A stretch of 64,000 nt of DNA from Trypanosoma brucei (GCA_000002445.1 CM000207.1:2112001-2176000); one strand, 5' to 3'; numbered from the stretch's first letter, positions 13,432-24,917 are shown. Notes: a model not told the origin generated them from the sequence alone. A program made the numbers and translations.

Positions 13432-14313
13432 CTACGGATAAGGTGCCAGGAAGCGAACCTCAGGCACGGACTGTTGCGGTGATTTCTGCCAGCTGCTGTG
13501 GGCATGAAGCCCTTCATTCATATCGTTACGGCGAATAGTATCTCTCCATATTCCGATGCGGAAATATTTAGTATTCTGTGAGAAGCGCCAAGGAGTTCCG
13601 TTTCGTGGATTGTGACCGACAAATTCAGTCAGTTTGGGGCCGCGCTGCAGCTCATCGATAAACATATACCGCATTCGTGTCCAAGGACGCGGTACTAGTG
13701 GCGACTCGGCAAGATCACACTTCATGCCATAACGTCCGAGTGTCGCACGTAGAGACTCGTTGCGACGGACATTTGGATTTTCGGGCAACTTCCCGTAAAG
13801 CAAACCCCCCGGCCGCAGCTCACTGAACAGTGTGCATTGCTCGATTGCGTCCATGCCGAGCCGCAGATCCAACTCACCATCTCTTGTCCTCATGTCCCAA
13901 GTACCCTCCGGCACAAAATACGGGTTCAGCACAACAGGTACACTTTGACCGGTGATGTATAAAACGACGGGGCCAGCTATAATCGCATTTGCTTCATTCC
14001 GCCCAACAGATGGCGACCCTGATGCAAAGCCGCCCTTCTGAGGCCTCGCCTCCTTTTTACCTCCATTGGAGGTTGCGTTGGGTAAAGACACATGCACAGT
14101 CTCCTCCACAAAATAGCCTGTTGGTAGTCTAAGTGAGGGACTACGAAGTAATTCTAACCAACTAAGCGGCAAAACGGTCCGTTTGAATGTTGGATCCACA
14201 ATCGCGTCCTCAACACGAATCGACCGCCTATGGTCACGGGAAAGCACTTTATACTCCACAAACATATCCCCACCACTCATCCTGAATTGCCGTAAAAAGG
14301 TACGGCACAGCAT
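13432..14313 (-). CDS. Hypothetical conserved protein (293 aa).
   Basis: Long minus-strand ORF in the cluster orientation with non-repetitive composition. No motif recognised. Confidence 0.5.
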   Translation of the reverse strand: MLCRTFLRQFRMSGGDMFVEYKVLSRDHRRSIRVEDAIVDPTFKRTVLPLSWLELLRSPSLRLPTGYFVEETVHVSLPNATSNGGKKEARPQKGGFASGSPSVGRNEANAIIAGPVVLYITGQSVPVVLNPYFVPEGTWDMRTRDGELDLRLGMDAIEQCTLFSELRPGGLLYGKLPENPNVRRNESLRATLGRYGMKCDLAESPLVPRPWTRMRYMFIDELQRGPKLTEFVGHNPRNGTPWRFSQNTKYFRIGIWRDTIRRNDMNEGLHAHSSWQKSPQQSVPEVRFLAPYP

Positions 14314-14832
14314 TCTCCCCGCTCCGCCAAAAAAAAAAAAACACTACCACAAGGGAATACACGCTATATGACCAAACACACACTAAGACGCAACGGCCGC
14401 AGAAAGTAGAAAAATCAAATCAGTAGTCCCCTTCAAAGTTTCCCTACACTTCGAGGTTACTACCGCTATTTACAGTGCAGAACCAGAGGAAAATACGATT
14501 ACAGAGAATGGAGGGAAAGGATAATCAAGTAAGATACATACGCGTCCAAAAAATATGCACAGATGAGTGTCAGCTTAACCACAATCATAAATTCCTTCAA
14601 GTAGGTGCTGAGTACAAGGAAAAATAGATTCTATTCATTTGCAGAGAGTTCAAACATATTCGTCCCTCCCACTACACAAAAAAAACATCCGTTGCTTGGG
14701 GTAGTAGTAAAGGAACTCAAAAAAGATCAAAAAAAATTATATTCAATAGAAATTCATCAAGACCTCAACGAAAAAAAAATATGTGACATCCTCACGGGGT
14801 TAGAAGTCTCCTTAAATACATATGTTCTATCA

Positions 14833-15111
14833 TCATTTTCCGGGGAACTGGGCATTCTTCTGCTGCTCGAGGAGTTCCGCAAACTTGGCCTTGAAGTGCT
14901 CTGAGTGCTCGCGCATCTTCTTGTTGAACTTGTCCGTGTGCTCCTGGATCATTTTTTCGAACTTTTCATAGTGCTCTTTCATCTCAGGGGACAGCGTAGC
15001 CTCATCAGGCTTGTCAGCGAAGAATCGCTTGTTCTGCTCCTCCATCTTCTTGGCGAATTCGGCATCGAGGCGGTCGAGCTTCGCAGCAAATTCTTCGTAT
15101 GTAGTGGCCAT
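14833..15111 (-). CDS. KMP-11: Kinetoplastid membrane protein 11 (KMP-11), array copy with a unique 3' flank.
   Basis: The 92-aa translation MATTYEEFAAKLDRLDAEFAKKMEEQNKRFFADKPDEATLSPEMKEHYEKFEKMIQEHTDKFNKKMREHSEHFKAKFAELLEQQKNAQFPGK is the canonical KMP-11 sequence. Confidence 0.95.
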   Translation of the reverse strand: MATTYEEFAAKLDRLDAEFAKKMEEQNKRFFADKPDEATLSPEMKEHYEKFEKMIQEHTDKFNKKMREHSEHFKAKFAELLEQQKNAQFPGK

Positions 15112-15165
15112 GTTTCTTGAAAAAGTATCTTAAAGTTTAGTTTACTCTTGAAAGCACAATCTAAA

Positions 15166-15210
15166 CGAAATGAAAAGTAGCGAAACGGAAAGGAAAGAAA
15201 AGAAAAAACG
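15166..15210 (-). promoter_or_regulatory. Polypyrimidine tract (on the minus strand) with AG dinucleotides. Candidate SL trans-splice acceptor region for KMP-11 copy 1, paired with the polyadenylation region of the upstream copy.
   Basis: A plus-strand purine run cgaaatgaaaagtagcgaaacggaaaggaaagaaaagaaaaaacg lies 55-100 nt 5' of the ATG at 15111. Equivalent tracts precede the other two copies. Confidence 0.5.
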
Positions 15211-15425
15211 ATATAGGTCAAGCAAGTGGCAGTACAAGTGGTGGAAGAGGTAAGTAAAAACTGCGCCACGGCAACACATGATCCGGGACGTTATTTTAGA
15301 GATATCAATAGTTTGACAGAGGTAGCCCCCTTGCAAAGACACCAAAGAGGTGGAATTTAGTAACATAGTGCCCGGAAGGACCTCTAATAAGAGAGAAAAG
15401 AAACAAAAGGAGAGTGTTTTCGAAA

Positions 15426-15704
15426 TCACTTTCCGGGGAACTGGGCATTCTTCTGCTGCTCGAGGAGTTCCGCAAACTTGGCCTTGAAGTGCTCTGAGTG
15501 CTCGCGCATCTTCTTGTTGAACTTGTCCGTGTGCTCCTGGATCATTTTTTCGAACTTTTCATAGTGCTCTTTCATCTCAGGGGACAGCGTAGCCTCATCA
15601 GGCTTGTCAGCGAAGAATCGCTTGTTCTGCTCCTCCATCTTCTTGGCGAATTCGGCATCGAGGCGGTCGAGCTTCGCAGCAAATTCTTCGTATGTGGTGG
15701 CCAT
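15426..15704 (-). CDS. KMP-11: KMP-11, array copy.
   Basis: Identical 92-aa translation. Confidence 0.95.
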   Translation of the reverse strand: MATTYEEFAAKLDRLDAEFAKKMEEQNKRFFADKPDEATLSPEMKEHYEKFEKMIQEHTDKFNKKMREHSEHFKAKFAELLEQQKNAQFPGK

Positions 15705-15998
15705 GTTTCTTGAAAAAGTATCTTAAAGTTTAGTTTACTCTTGAAAGCACGATCTAAACGAAATGAAAAGTGGCGTAACGGAAAGGAAAAAGGAGGAGCA
15801 ACTTATTCAGGGATAAGGGATAGGGAGGCACACCGAAGTGAACGGGACAAGTAAGTTAACAGTGGCAACCAATATTAATTCATATACTCATGCATTGCGC
15901 TAGAAAAGTGGTATTTACATCTTTTAAAAGATTTTTATAGTATTATCCCTAGGGACTCTAACATAGGAAAGAAAATGAGAGGTGTAGTAAATTTGTAA

Positions 15999-16277
15999 TC
16001 ATTTTCCGGGGAACTGGGCATTCTTCTGCTGCTCGAGGAGTTCCGCAAACTTGGCCTTGAAGTGCTCTGAGTGCTCGCGCATCTTCTTGTTGAACTTGTC
16101 CGTGTGCTCCTGGATCATTTTTTCGAACTTTTCATAGTGCTCTTTCATCTCAGGGGACAGCGTAGCCTCATCAGGCTTGTCAGCGAAGAATCGCTTGTTC
16201 TGCTCCTCCATCTTCTTGGCGAATTCGGCATCGAGGCGGTCGAGCTTCGCAGCAAATTCTTCGTATGTGGTGGCCAT
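15999..16277 (-). CDS. KMP-11: KMP-11, array copy.
   Basis: Identical 92-aa translation. Confidence 0.95.
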   Translation of the reverse strand: MATTYEEFAAKLDRLDAEFAKKMEEQNKRFFADKPDEATLSPEMKEHYEKFEKMIQEHTDKFNKKMREHSEHFKAKFAELLEQQKNAQFPGK

Positions 16278-16537
16278 GTTTCTTGAAAAAGTATCTTAAA
16301 GTTTAGTTTACTCTTGAAAGCACGATCTAAACGAAATGAAAAGTGGCGTAATGGAAAGGAAAGAAAAGAAAAACGATAAAGGGGAAAAAGTGTTACAGGT
16401 AGAAGTTGGTTCTAGGATAAACAAATGACTGCACAAATGTAAGGGGGGGAATCAAATGAATTGGCACGTCGCTCCCGCACCAGTGGTGACATGGTGGAAG
16501 AAACCATCACTTAACCTTGTCGCGCTCCCCGTCCTGG

Positions 16538-17557
16538 TCATTGTCTAGGAATAAGGACATTACCAAACGGGTCGACGAATCCTGCCACTTTTGCGTTGGT
16601 GTGTTCCATCATGTTTGCCATGCTGCGCAATACCTCATGCTTCTTCACCAATTGTAGGTTCTCACCATCCACCATCACCTGCGCACGGGGTTTGTGCACG
16701 GATAAATAATAGCTAACGCACTGAGATTGTTCGGTAACCTTCCAACCGTTTTGTTCTTCTTCACCAACCGCGACAGTTACTTGAAGGCCGTGACCCTCTG
16801 AAGCTAGTTCAAGAAGCCGGATTCCAACTGCTCTGGGAACAGTAATGAGCGCTTCATCATCACATACACGACGCAATGACAACATTTCCCCCATCGTCAG
16901 ATGCCGAATCGCAAGAGCAACATCGAAGAAGAGGTCGGCAACCGACCGCAGCACCACCGCAGAGCCAAACCTTGCAACGGAGGGATCCGACCCACCCACC
17001 TCCTCCTCGCCCCTCGGTCCCTCCTTCCGCACAATTTCTCCAATGCCTCCAAGAAAGTTTCCATATAAATGTGTTGGTATGCCAACCAGTCGAACCTCCA
17101 TCTCATGGACGGCGGCTTCAACATTGGGAGGCGGTCGCTTTCGACCTCCTGCTGAGTCAAAGTTGTCATCACGTATGCCGCACCGCAGTTGTTCATACGC
17201 CTTGCGTCCCTCCTTCTCACACTCACGCTGTCCAGAAACGGCAACCGAGCCAACGACGTTGAGCATAACAACAGTGTCTCCCACTAAAAAGTCCACACGC
17301 CGAGCTGCATCAGCGGCGGCTTTTGTTTCGTAGTCAATTAGCGCTGCGCCTGAAGATACAAAGGGGTTTTCCGCAGCTCTTTTCCGCTTTGCTGGCCCCT
17401 TCCTAATACCAGGAGCCGCAGCCCCGTTGTCGCCAGGTCGCGTGATGAGCAACGCATTAACCACCGCGTCACCACTTGAATGGGCACGCACATAGTCGTA
17501 AAACTCCTCTGCAGTGATGTGCAGAGGAATATTGGTGGCGAGCAGGCGGCAGTGCAT
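16538..17557 (-). CDS. Hypothetical conserved protein (339 aa).
   Basis: Long minus-strand ORF with non-repetitive composition. No motif recognised. The plus-strand ORFs inside it are antisense artefacts. Confidence 0.5.
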   Translation of the reverse strand: MHCRLLATNIPLHITAEEFYDYVRAHSSGDAVVNALLITRPGDNGAAAPGIRKGPAKRKRAAENPFVSSGAALIDYETKAAADAARRVDFLVGDTVVMLNVVGSVAVSGQRECEKEGRKAYEQLRCGIRDDNFDSAGGRKRPPPNVEAAVHEMEVRLVGIPTHLYGNFLGGIGEIVRKEGPRGEEEVGGSDPSVARFGSAVVLRSVADLFFDVALAIRHLTMGEMLSLRRVCDDEALITVPRAVGIRLLELASEGHGLQVTVAVGEEEQNGWKVTEQSQCVSYYLSVHKPRAQVMVDGENLQLVKKHEVLRSMANMMEHTNAKVAGFVDPFGNVLIPRQ

Positions 17558-18916
17558 ACTTTACTAAAGAACAGTAGGTTATCACAAACTGACTGCAATG
17601 GGTGATTTCTGAGGAGGGAGGAAAGGAAAAAAAAATGCTAAAAAATGATTCCTCAACGTAACATGAGAAGGTAGAGACAGTACCGCAGCGACAAAAGGAA
17701 CAAAAAAACAATAATGACAGCGATAACGACGATAATAACGATAATAACGATGCCAACGACTGGACCAGCAGACACCCGCGTTAGTAAAAGGAGAAACATA
17801 TCACATGTATCCCAGCCAATGCGATATCATAACACTCTTACAAACGAAAAGGAGTAGTACAGAAGAGATATACAAAAGACTTAAGGATGTAAAAACGGGG
17901 AGAGGGGCGGGTTCAGAACGACGCCACATTAAGTGGTACAAATGGCGAGTTCAAGTGCAATTTATGAGTGAAGAGAAGCACCCACGACCGCGGCAGTTGG
18001 CACAAAAGCAGCCGTTAGATACGGAGGAAAACCGCCACGGCGTCGGTCACCACCTGAATTCTCTCATGCCCTTTTCCTTCCTTGCGTCCCTCAAATCCTC
18101 CCTAAATCAACGCCTCTCGGAATCCTCGATGGTTCATGTGATGAATGCGGTTCAAGCGAGATAACTTACAACAGTGCTTATATCACTGACAATAATCCGA
18201 CTATCCCATAACACCTTTCACGCATAATGTCACACATGTCACTAGGTGGCACGCACTGAAAAGAGCCCGTCAAGAAAAGACGATCCCTAATCCCTCACGT
18301 AATTCCTTTTCGCCCAGTCCCTGAAAGAGAAGAGGCGGAGAAAAAAAAAAGAAAAAAGAAAATAAATGCGCCATAACACTAACTAACTTGCGAGTGAGTG
18401 AGTGAGTGGACAAGAAAGATACAACATAGCCATATCAATCACTTAACAATCCCAACAAAATTATAAACACACACACACACACACCTTCACGTGCACGTGG
18501 GCAAATGCATTACCACCTATCCTTTCCTTCCCATCATAACAGTCATCATCCCCCTCCACCATTCCGTCCACTTCTCAACGCCTTTTTCCCCTTTTTCCCC
18601 ATTTTATTCTTTTTTTTTTGCATTTTTCCTGCTTTTTTTTTTTTTGCGTTCTCGCACCAGTAGGTGAGCACCGACAAAGAGAAGAAAGAGAGTAATATAT
18701 GTATATATGTAATTTCCCGCACACAAAAAACAAAGAAGCAAAAAGAAAATGGATGCAAGACGTTAGAAATCCCTACACCACTAACTTGGATTTTTGCATC
18801 TTTTCCGTTGACTACTGACATTGTCTCCACTCAAAGAATAAGAGGGGTCACATCTCTATTCTCATCTCTCTTCTAAGTACACATCAAAAAAGGTACAAAA
18901 AGAAAAAGCAAAGACA

Positions 18917-18937
18917 AACACACACACACACACACAC
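18917..18937. repeat. (CA)n microsatellite.
   Basis: acacacacacacacacacaca. Other (CA)n/(GT)n tracts occur at 18467-18484, 9781-9796, 10573-10590, 11356-11371, 21470-21482, 33818-33833 and 42525-42548. The last is compound with (TA)n and (GA)n. Confidence 0.9.
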
Positions 18938-19065
18938 AAAGGAAAATAATTTAAAAAAAACAAAAATTAAAAAATCAAACGAAGCCGTAATCACCCTTCT
19001 TTTGATACAAACAATCAGGCGTCAAACAACATTTGTTTCTCTCTTCCCACACGAGCCAGATGTAT

Positions 19066-19092
19066 AAATATATATATATATATATATATACA
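19066..19092. repeat. (AT)n microsatellite.
   Basis: atatatatatatatatatatatata run. Similar (TA)n tracts occur at 20101-20150, 23353-23372, 33846-33863, 35611-35650 and 37859-37880. Confidence 0.9.
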
Positions 19093-22076
19093 TCTATACG
19101 TCCGTACGCGTATGTATGTGTGTGTGTGTTTGTGTGTTCGCATGCTTCACCTTCATCTCCCCCACAATTATGTACTTCGATCTCTCATTATAAACAAAAA
19201 AGACAAACAAAAACAAAATAGACCGAACGGACAGACAGACATGTAGTAGTAGTAGTAGGAAAAACGAAAAAAAAAACAAAAGGAAGAAAATAAGAAAAGG
19301 GCCAGACAGAGAGATAACAGCGGTGACAGCAAGACACCCACGAATAAAGCACGCACACATACACACACACACATATTTGATTATTTAAAGAAAAAAAAAC
19401 ATCAAGTGAGCCAATTTTTATTCCCCCTTCTGCTCTCCTCAGAAGCGCAGCACGAAAAAAAAAAAGGAATAAAAGTTGGCTACACATTCATCGGTACTTT
19501 TTTTTTCTTTTTCTCATTATCCCGCTTAGTTCAACTGTCAGGGCTCACGTCACCACTCACTCATATTGAAAGAAAGATAAGGGAAGGTTAGAGTATGAAA
19601 GCAAAAGGAGGAAAGGAAAGGAAAGGAAGGGAAAGAAAAGGAGGCGAGAGATCGAAAAATTAAAAAGAAAACGAAAGGAAAGGTAAAGTGAAGGTGAAGG
19701 TGAAAGGTAAAGAAGTAGTGACGAACAAAAAAAATTCAAAAATCAAGTGAGGGAGTCTATGCATGTGTACGACAAAAAGAAGTTGTGTTGACAAACTACA
19801 CACACAAATGCAGTCATTTACACAAGCATGTGTACGTGCACATTCACCTCTCGAAAGACCCTCCACGCGCCCAGACACCGAACAGCGTGTAACTTGTGAA
19901 TAAATATAGAAAGAAAAAAAGAACCAAAAAAAAAAAAGCTTGCATCTTGTGGAAGCTGACTACCATTTTGTTATAAGCGTTTGCATGGAGGGAGGAGGAA
20001 GGAAAAAGATTTGAGGCTAAGGATTAAATAACATCACACATGTCCAAATAGAAGTGGTGCCGTAACCTCTTTCCACTCAATTCCTTTGGTACGCGAACAC
20101 ATACGTATATATAATATATATATAATATATATAAATATATATATTGCCTTCGCCACCCTGAAACAACAACAAATGAATCACACCGCGCATAAAACCCACC
20201 TTATCCTCCTCCTTCCCTTCCCTTCCCTTCCCTCCCTCCGACTCCTCACCTATTTATTTCTTAATTATTATCATCTCTCCTTCTCCAATATTACACAAAC
20301 GCCGCAAAGTAAAGTAACGCATTTTGGGTCCCTTCATCCTCCTCCTCCTTCTCCTTCTTTTCCAACCTAAACTCATCCCTACCTCCCGTTAATCACTCTT
20401 CGCTTGTTTCCTTTCTTTTTTTTTAAAAAAAAAAAGAGAGAAAAGAAAACAAATGTGTTCGACTCTTTGATTACCTGGATTCTTTCTTCAGATTTTGGCT
20501 GAGGTTGGTGTCTTCATTTTTCCTTTTTCTTTTTTTCTTTTTTTTTTTCGTTGTAAAAAGTAACCTCCACACACGCAGACAACTTTCCCCTTTTCTCGCT
20601 CAACACTAAATGTAATAAATTTCATCCTCCCCCCCCCCTCTTCTTCTTCCATAAGTCGTTGCGTACAAACAAAACAAAACGGAAGGAGGAAAGGAGGGGA
20701 AAAAAAAACAAACAAATCGTGCAGCCCTCACCACCCTCGCAAACTTATTCAGACGAAACGACTACTTGTGGACAAAATTATGAAAAAAATCTCAACCTCA
20801 CAATAACAAAGAAACACACAAAAAAAAAATGTGAGAAAGGGAGAAGATAGAGAAAGGGAGAAAGAGAAGTGACTAAACACTTCAAAACATACGTACAAGC
20901 GCATAAGCATATACACATATCCTCCTCCTTCCTTTCAGCTTCCTTTTACCGCTCTCTCACTTACCTTTCTCCATCAACTCCCCTTTGAGCATTTCCAACG
21001 CGTCCCCTACAACTCAAATTTCAAGTATTGACCCCTCCCTCAAAGAACAGAAGAAAAAAAAAAAAGAAGAACAAAAAAAAAAAATGGAGTCACTCTATCT
21101 GCCTCGCCTCACAATAAATCGGTTCACACCAGACCTCACTTTCATCCCTTATCATTCACTATGCGATAAAGCTTTAAAGTCGCACCTAATACAGAACTGT
21201 CTCCTTTTGCTTCATTGTTGCTTTTCAATTCCCCATACCCGCTCTTTCCTACTCAACCTTCCTTCAACACCCCCATCTCCCCAGTCCGAACCGTCTACAT
21301 TTACCTATCGATTTATTTTTTAAGGGTCCCTCATTCTTTTTTTTTTCTTTCCTCCTCCTCCTCCTCCTCTCCCCTTCTCCATTCACCATTCCATCCCCAT
21401 CACATACACGCATACGCATACGCATACGTTTCTTTTTCTTTTTCCTTTTTGTTTCCCCCCCCCCCAACACACACACACACGCACCAACTTCCCATATTCA
21501 CGTATCCATCTCCTTTTCCTCTTCCTCGTGTGTAAAAGTTATATTTCCCCTCACGTTATGCAATGGTGCGTGTGAGAGGGAAAGCAAGGGGGAAAGGGAG
21601 AAAAAGAAAGAAAAAAAAAAAAGAAAACCACCGCAGAGAGTCACGTGCCGCTGCGCGCGGTTTGGTCCGGTGTGGTTGCCGGAAATTCCTCGCAACCTTC
21701 TGAACCCAGATTTGCTTTCGCCCCTCTTTTTTTTTCTTTTCTTTTATCTTATCTTATTTTTGCGCTGTGCTGTGCGTGCTTTGTTTTGTTTTGTTTTTTT
21801 TCCTTTTCCCCACTTCCACACCCTTCCCTTCACACCCCCCTCCCTTCTCTCTCTCTTTCTCACACACACACAAACACACGCGAACACACGCACACAAACA
21901 CGCGCAACCCCACGCATCATTTTAAGCTTCTGCGTCTTCATTTACTCCCCCCCCCCTAACATTAATTATATATCGCACCCTCACTTTTATACCCGCCCAC
22001 ATTCGCAAGTCACGTGTTCCCCCCCCCCTGATCTCAAGCACCCCCGTCGTCTTTTATCGTTCTTTTCTTCACGATT

Positions 22077-22979
22077 TCATGAAGTGGATTTATTGTCAAG
22101 ACGGACATTCATTGCCCTGTTCGCCATCTCAATTCCATCGAACTCCTCTATGGCAACACGGGTTTCCTCCTCTGTCTTCATTACAACAATACCCATACCA
22201 CGGCTCTTTCCATTACGTCCCATGATAATCTCAGCGCGTTCCACTTCGCCAACCTGCTGGAACGTTTCTCGCAGCGCTACACTGGTGCAGTCAAACGGAA
22301 GATTTGATACAAACAATTTGCGACCGACTTCGTTCATTTGTTTGCTGCGTGGCTTTGGCACTACCTCATTCACATCGTTGAAGACACCCGAATTCCCATC
22401 ATCGGGTAAGGCATATCCACCGCGATTCACGTAACCACCACCACGACCGAAGTTTCCCGCGCTATTATTGTATGATGTCATATTAGCGTTCGCATTCCCG
22501 AATCCCCGCATTCGCTGCTGATGCTGCTGCTGCTGCTGTTGTTGTTGCTGTTGTTGTTGTTGCTGATGTGGCGGATGATGTTGTTGTTGATGATGCTGCG
22601 GTTGTTGCAACTGCCCCTGCCGAACGTACGGAGGCATCATTTCCCGCTGCACCAACTGTGGCCGTGGCCCGTCATCAAAAAGACGGACGATAAGTCGTCT
22701 CCCTTCGAAGTCGGTTTCATCAAACATGCGAATGGCTTGCAGGGCGTCTTCCCTAGTGGCCATCGTCACCAACGCGGAGCCCTTCGGACGGCCCGTCTTG
22801 TCGGCGATAAGATCCGTGTAACGAACCTTTCCAGCACTTCTGAAGTGATCCTTCACATGCTGCCATGGGGTTTGAAAGGGGATGTTGCCCACAAAAAGAA
22901 TGTTGCCGTGGTTCTGGCGACGGTCACCATCTTCAGGATCACGCTGGGGACATGATGCAGATGAATGCTCGTCGAACAT
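22077..22979 (-). CDS. DRBD2: RNA-binding protein with two RRM domains separated by a Gln/His-rich linker. Probably double RNA-binding domain protein DRBD2.
   Basis: RRM1 (ILFVGNIPFQTPWQHVKDHFRSAGKV...KGSALVTMATREDALQAI) and RRM2 (KLFVSNLPFDCTSVALRETFQQVGEV...RGMGIVVMKTEEETRVAIE) contain RNP-2/RNP-1 motifs, with a polyQ linker between them. The start was chosen at MFDEH (300 aa), because the upstream ORF extension is translated from a poly-T/G tract. The symbol comes from my memory of the T. brucei chr9 gene order and is less certain than the domain call. Confidence 0.75.
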   Translation of the reverse strand: MFDEHSSASCPQRDPEDGDRRQNHGNILFVGNIPFQTPWQHVKDHFRSAGKVRYTDLIADKTGRPKGSALVTMATREDALQAIRMFDETDFEGRRLIVRLFDDGPRPQLVQREMMPPYVRQGQLQQPQHHQQQHHPPHQQQQQQQQQQQQQQHQQRMRGFGNANANMTSYNNSAGNFGRGGGYVNRGGYALPDDGNSGVFNDVNEVVPKPRSKQMNEVGRKLFVSNLPFDCTSVALRETFQQVGEVERAEIIMGRNGKSRGMGIVVMKTEEETRVAIEEFDGIEMANRAMNVRLDNKSTS

Positions 22980-24038
22980 ATTTCCTCCTTGCATCAGGTA
23001 CACCCTTTTTGCCTTGATAATTTTTTTTGGGGGGGTATTTGTTTTTATTTCTTCTTGACTTTTTTTTTTTATTATTCCCACTTTTACCTTCCCTTCCCCT
23101 TATTACTTATGTGTTTTACCCCCTTTTTTTTTTTTCGGCGCTCTTATTATTGTTAATACTCGCCTTTTTTTTGTTTTTTCCCCTTTATGGTCCTTTCCCT
23201 TCCCTGTAGATCCTTCTTTTTTTTTTTTCTTACGTTCTTTCCACTCTCCTTTAATCTGTTGTACTCCGCCCGTGTGTATGTGAAATGAATGAGATATTGT
23301 CGAAAACGCACACGTTGCAGCTCCTCCAGGAAATGGAGCGAAAAAGAAAGATATATATATATATATATATATGAGTTAACCTCGAAGGGTCTACACGCAG
23401 AGTGAACGAAAAGAAAATTATAATTCTATTAACAATAGCAACGGCGAGAACCGTTATTACTAACAAGTTCTACGTAGAAACAACGAGTCTTTTTTTAAAA
23501 AAAAAAACAGCCTGAAACATACAGAGTGACTGCGACCCCAAACGCTTCAAGTTATATGAAGTAATAAAGGAAATAAACAAGGGAGCATATTGTGAACCAA
23601 AATGGACGACTTATTCACGCATACAAATATATATTTATATATTTACGTACATTTGTATGAGACAACTTATTATGTTTGACAACCGAGTGTATGGGAAAGA
23701 TCACGCGATTTGTGGTTCCCGCCTGCAGAGCCTTGGAAGATAATAGTACCACGACAGTTTTTCATATTCCTCGTCAAGCGCGCTGAGCTATATAGATCTA
23801 GATATATATGAGTTGCACCCGAATTCAACTAACGGGACACATAAAAACAGCTAGAATCCAAAGGGGGAAAAAAAATTGAAAAAAATTGAAAAAAAAAGAG
23901 GTTTAGAGGAAAGCAAACAGAGACGTGAAGAAAGAAAATCAACTGGGCCATACTAAAGCGGTGAAACCCACGATCTCGAACAGAAAGATGGAAAACAAAG
24001 AGAAGAAACAAAACCCTCCACAGACTCGATGAGCGAAA

Positions 24039-24533
24039 CTAGTTTGGGACCTTTAGTTTACCTTCCTGAACCTTCTCCTGAATCGCTCGCGGGTGTTCGC
24101 CATCAATTGTGCAACCGATGGAAACGGCAGTGCCAAGTACCTCCATCACCACAGATTTCATGCTGGCACCCATAGAGTTCGGCGCCGACTCCTTCGCAAT
24201 CTTCAGAATCTCAGAGAAGGCGATGTTACCGTCATGCTTAATATTCTTCACCTTCTTGCGATCACGCGGTGGCTCCTTCAGCGCACGGATCAGCCTTGAG
24301 GCGACGGATGGCGTGACGATGACGGTAGCCACACGGTTCTTCACGCGCAGCTGACACGTAACCTTGAGACCCTTCCAGTCCTTCGTGGACTTGGCGATAT
24401 CCTCACCGATTTTTTTCGCATTCAGGCCGAGCGGACCGACTTTGGGGGCGAGTGACGCCGTTGCAGGCACTTCACCACCCACAGCACGGACGACGACTGT
24501 GATCTCCTGATTGGGGTCAAACTTGGGGGGCAT
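24039..24533 (-). CDS. RPL12: 60S ribosomal protein L12.
   Basis: The 164-aa translation starts MPPKFDPNQEITVVVRAVGGEVPATASLAPKVGPLGLNAKKIGEDIAK..., the universal uL11/eL12 N-terminus. The start was set at this Met, because the 55-codon ORF extension is non-conserved leader. The coordinate comes from ORF frame arithmetic. Confidence 0.9.
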   Translation of the reverse strand: MPPKFDPNQEITVVVRAVGGEVPATASLAPKVGPLGLNAKKIGEDIAKSTKDWKGLKVTCQLRVKNRVATVIVTPSVASRLIRALKEPPRDRKKVKNIKHDGNIAFSEILKIAKESAPNSMGASMKSVVMEVLGTAVSIGCTIDGEHPRAIQEKVQEGKLKVPN

Positions 24534-24557
24534 CTTCCAGGTTTTGTTTTCCCTTCC

Positions 24558-24615
24558 AGAAATAAAAGGATACGTTAAAAGAAGAAGAGAGGATCGAGGG
24601 GAGAGAGAAAGATGC
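24558..24615 (-). promoter_or_regulatory. Polypyrimidine tract (minus strand) upstream of RPL12. Candidate trans-splice acceptor region.
   Basis: A plus-strand purine run agaaataaaaggatacgttaaaagaagaagagaggatcgaggggagagagaaagatg lies 25-80 nt 5' of the RPL12 ATG. Confidence 0.5.
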
Positions 24616-24917
24616 AAATCACAGCGTGTCCTGCGCGAGAGAACAAGAGGGCATAAGTTCGAAGCAGTGAACCACAGCAAACAACGAAAAGTCAACATGC
24701 ATGTGTGAAAGTGTGGAATGAATACAAGAGTAAATCAATTTCCTCGGTGGGTGGTCGCTGCAAAACCTTCGCGCCCAGGTTAGTGACGCCCAAGAGCATT
24801 ATATCTGCGAGCTCGCGCCAAGAGGTGGAAAGGGAAAGCAAAACTTTACGAAGTATCCGCTACCACGTGCCGCCGACGGTACCAGACGCATACCCCATAT
24901 AATTCCCCCCTGTGCTG

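Larger units (their letters stand above)
14780..16370. repeat. Tandem array of three KMP-11 gene units (spacing 593 and 573 bp).
   Basis: The CDS are identical, and so are the ~80 nt immediately 5' of each ATG (tttcttgaaaaagtatcttaaagtttagtttactcttgaaagcac...). The three 3' flanks diverge a few tens of nt after the stop. Confidence 0.9.
17600..22076 (-). other. About 4.5 kb of low-complexity non-coding sequence. Probably an unusually long 3' UTR of the RRM gene plus intergenic processing signals.
   Basis: No credible ORF on either strand. Dense (CA)n, (TA)n, (GA)n, poly-A/T and poly-pyrimidine or poly-purine blocks. It lies directly 3' of the RRM-protein CDS on its coding strand. Confidence 0.5.

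Noticed and set aside
14905-16286. Three identical 71-aa plus-strand ORFs (MLAHLLVELVRVLL...) inside the KMP-11 units.
   Set aside because: They are antisense to the conserved KMP-11 CDS. Their identity and repetition are explained entirely by the KMP-11 array.
16845-17333. 162-aa and 128-aa plus-strand ORFs rich in Pro/Ser/Arg.
   Set aside because: They are antisense to the 339-aa minus-strand CDS, and their GC-rich composition explains the long open frames.
18546-19878. Several 60-100-aa ORFs on both strands in the 17.6-22 kb spacer.
   Set aside because: They are translated from microsatellite and poly-purine or poly-pyrimidine sequence (poly-Lys, poly-Phe, CV repeats). They are low-complexity artefacts with no coding signature.
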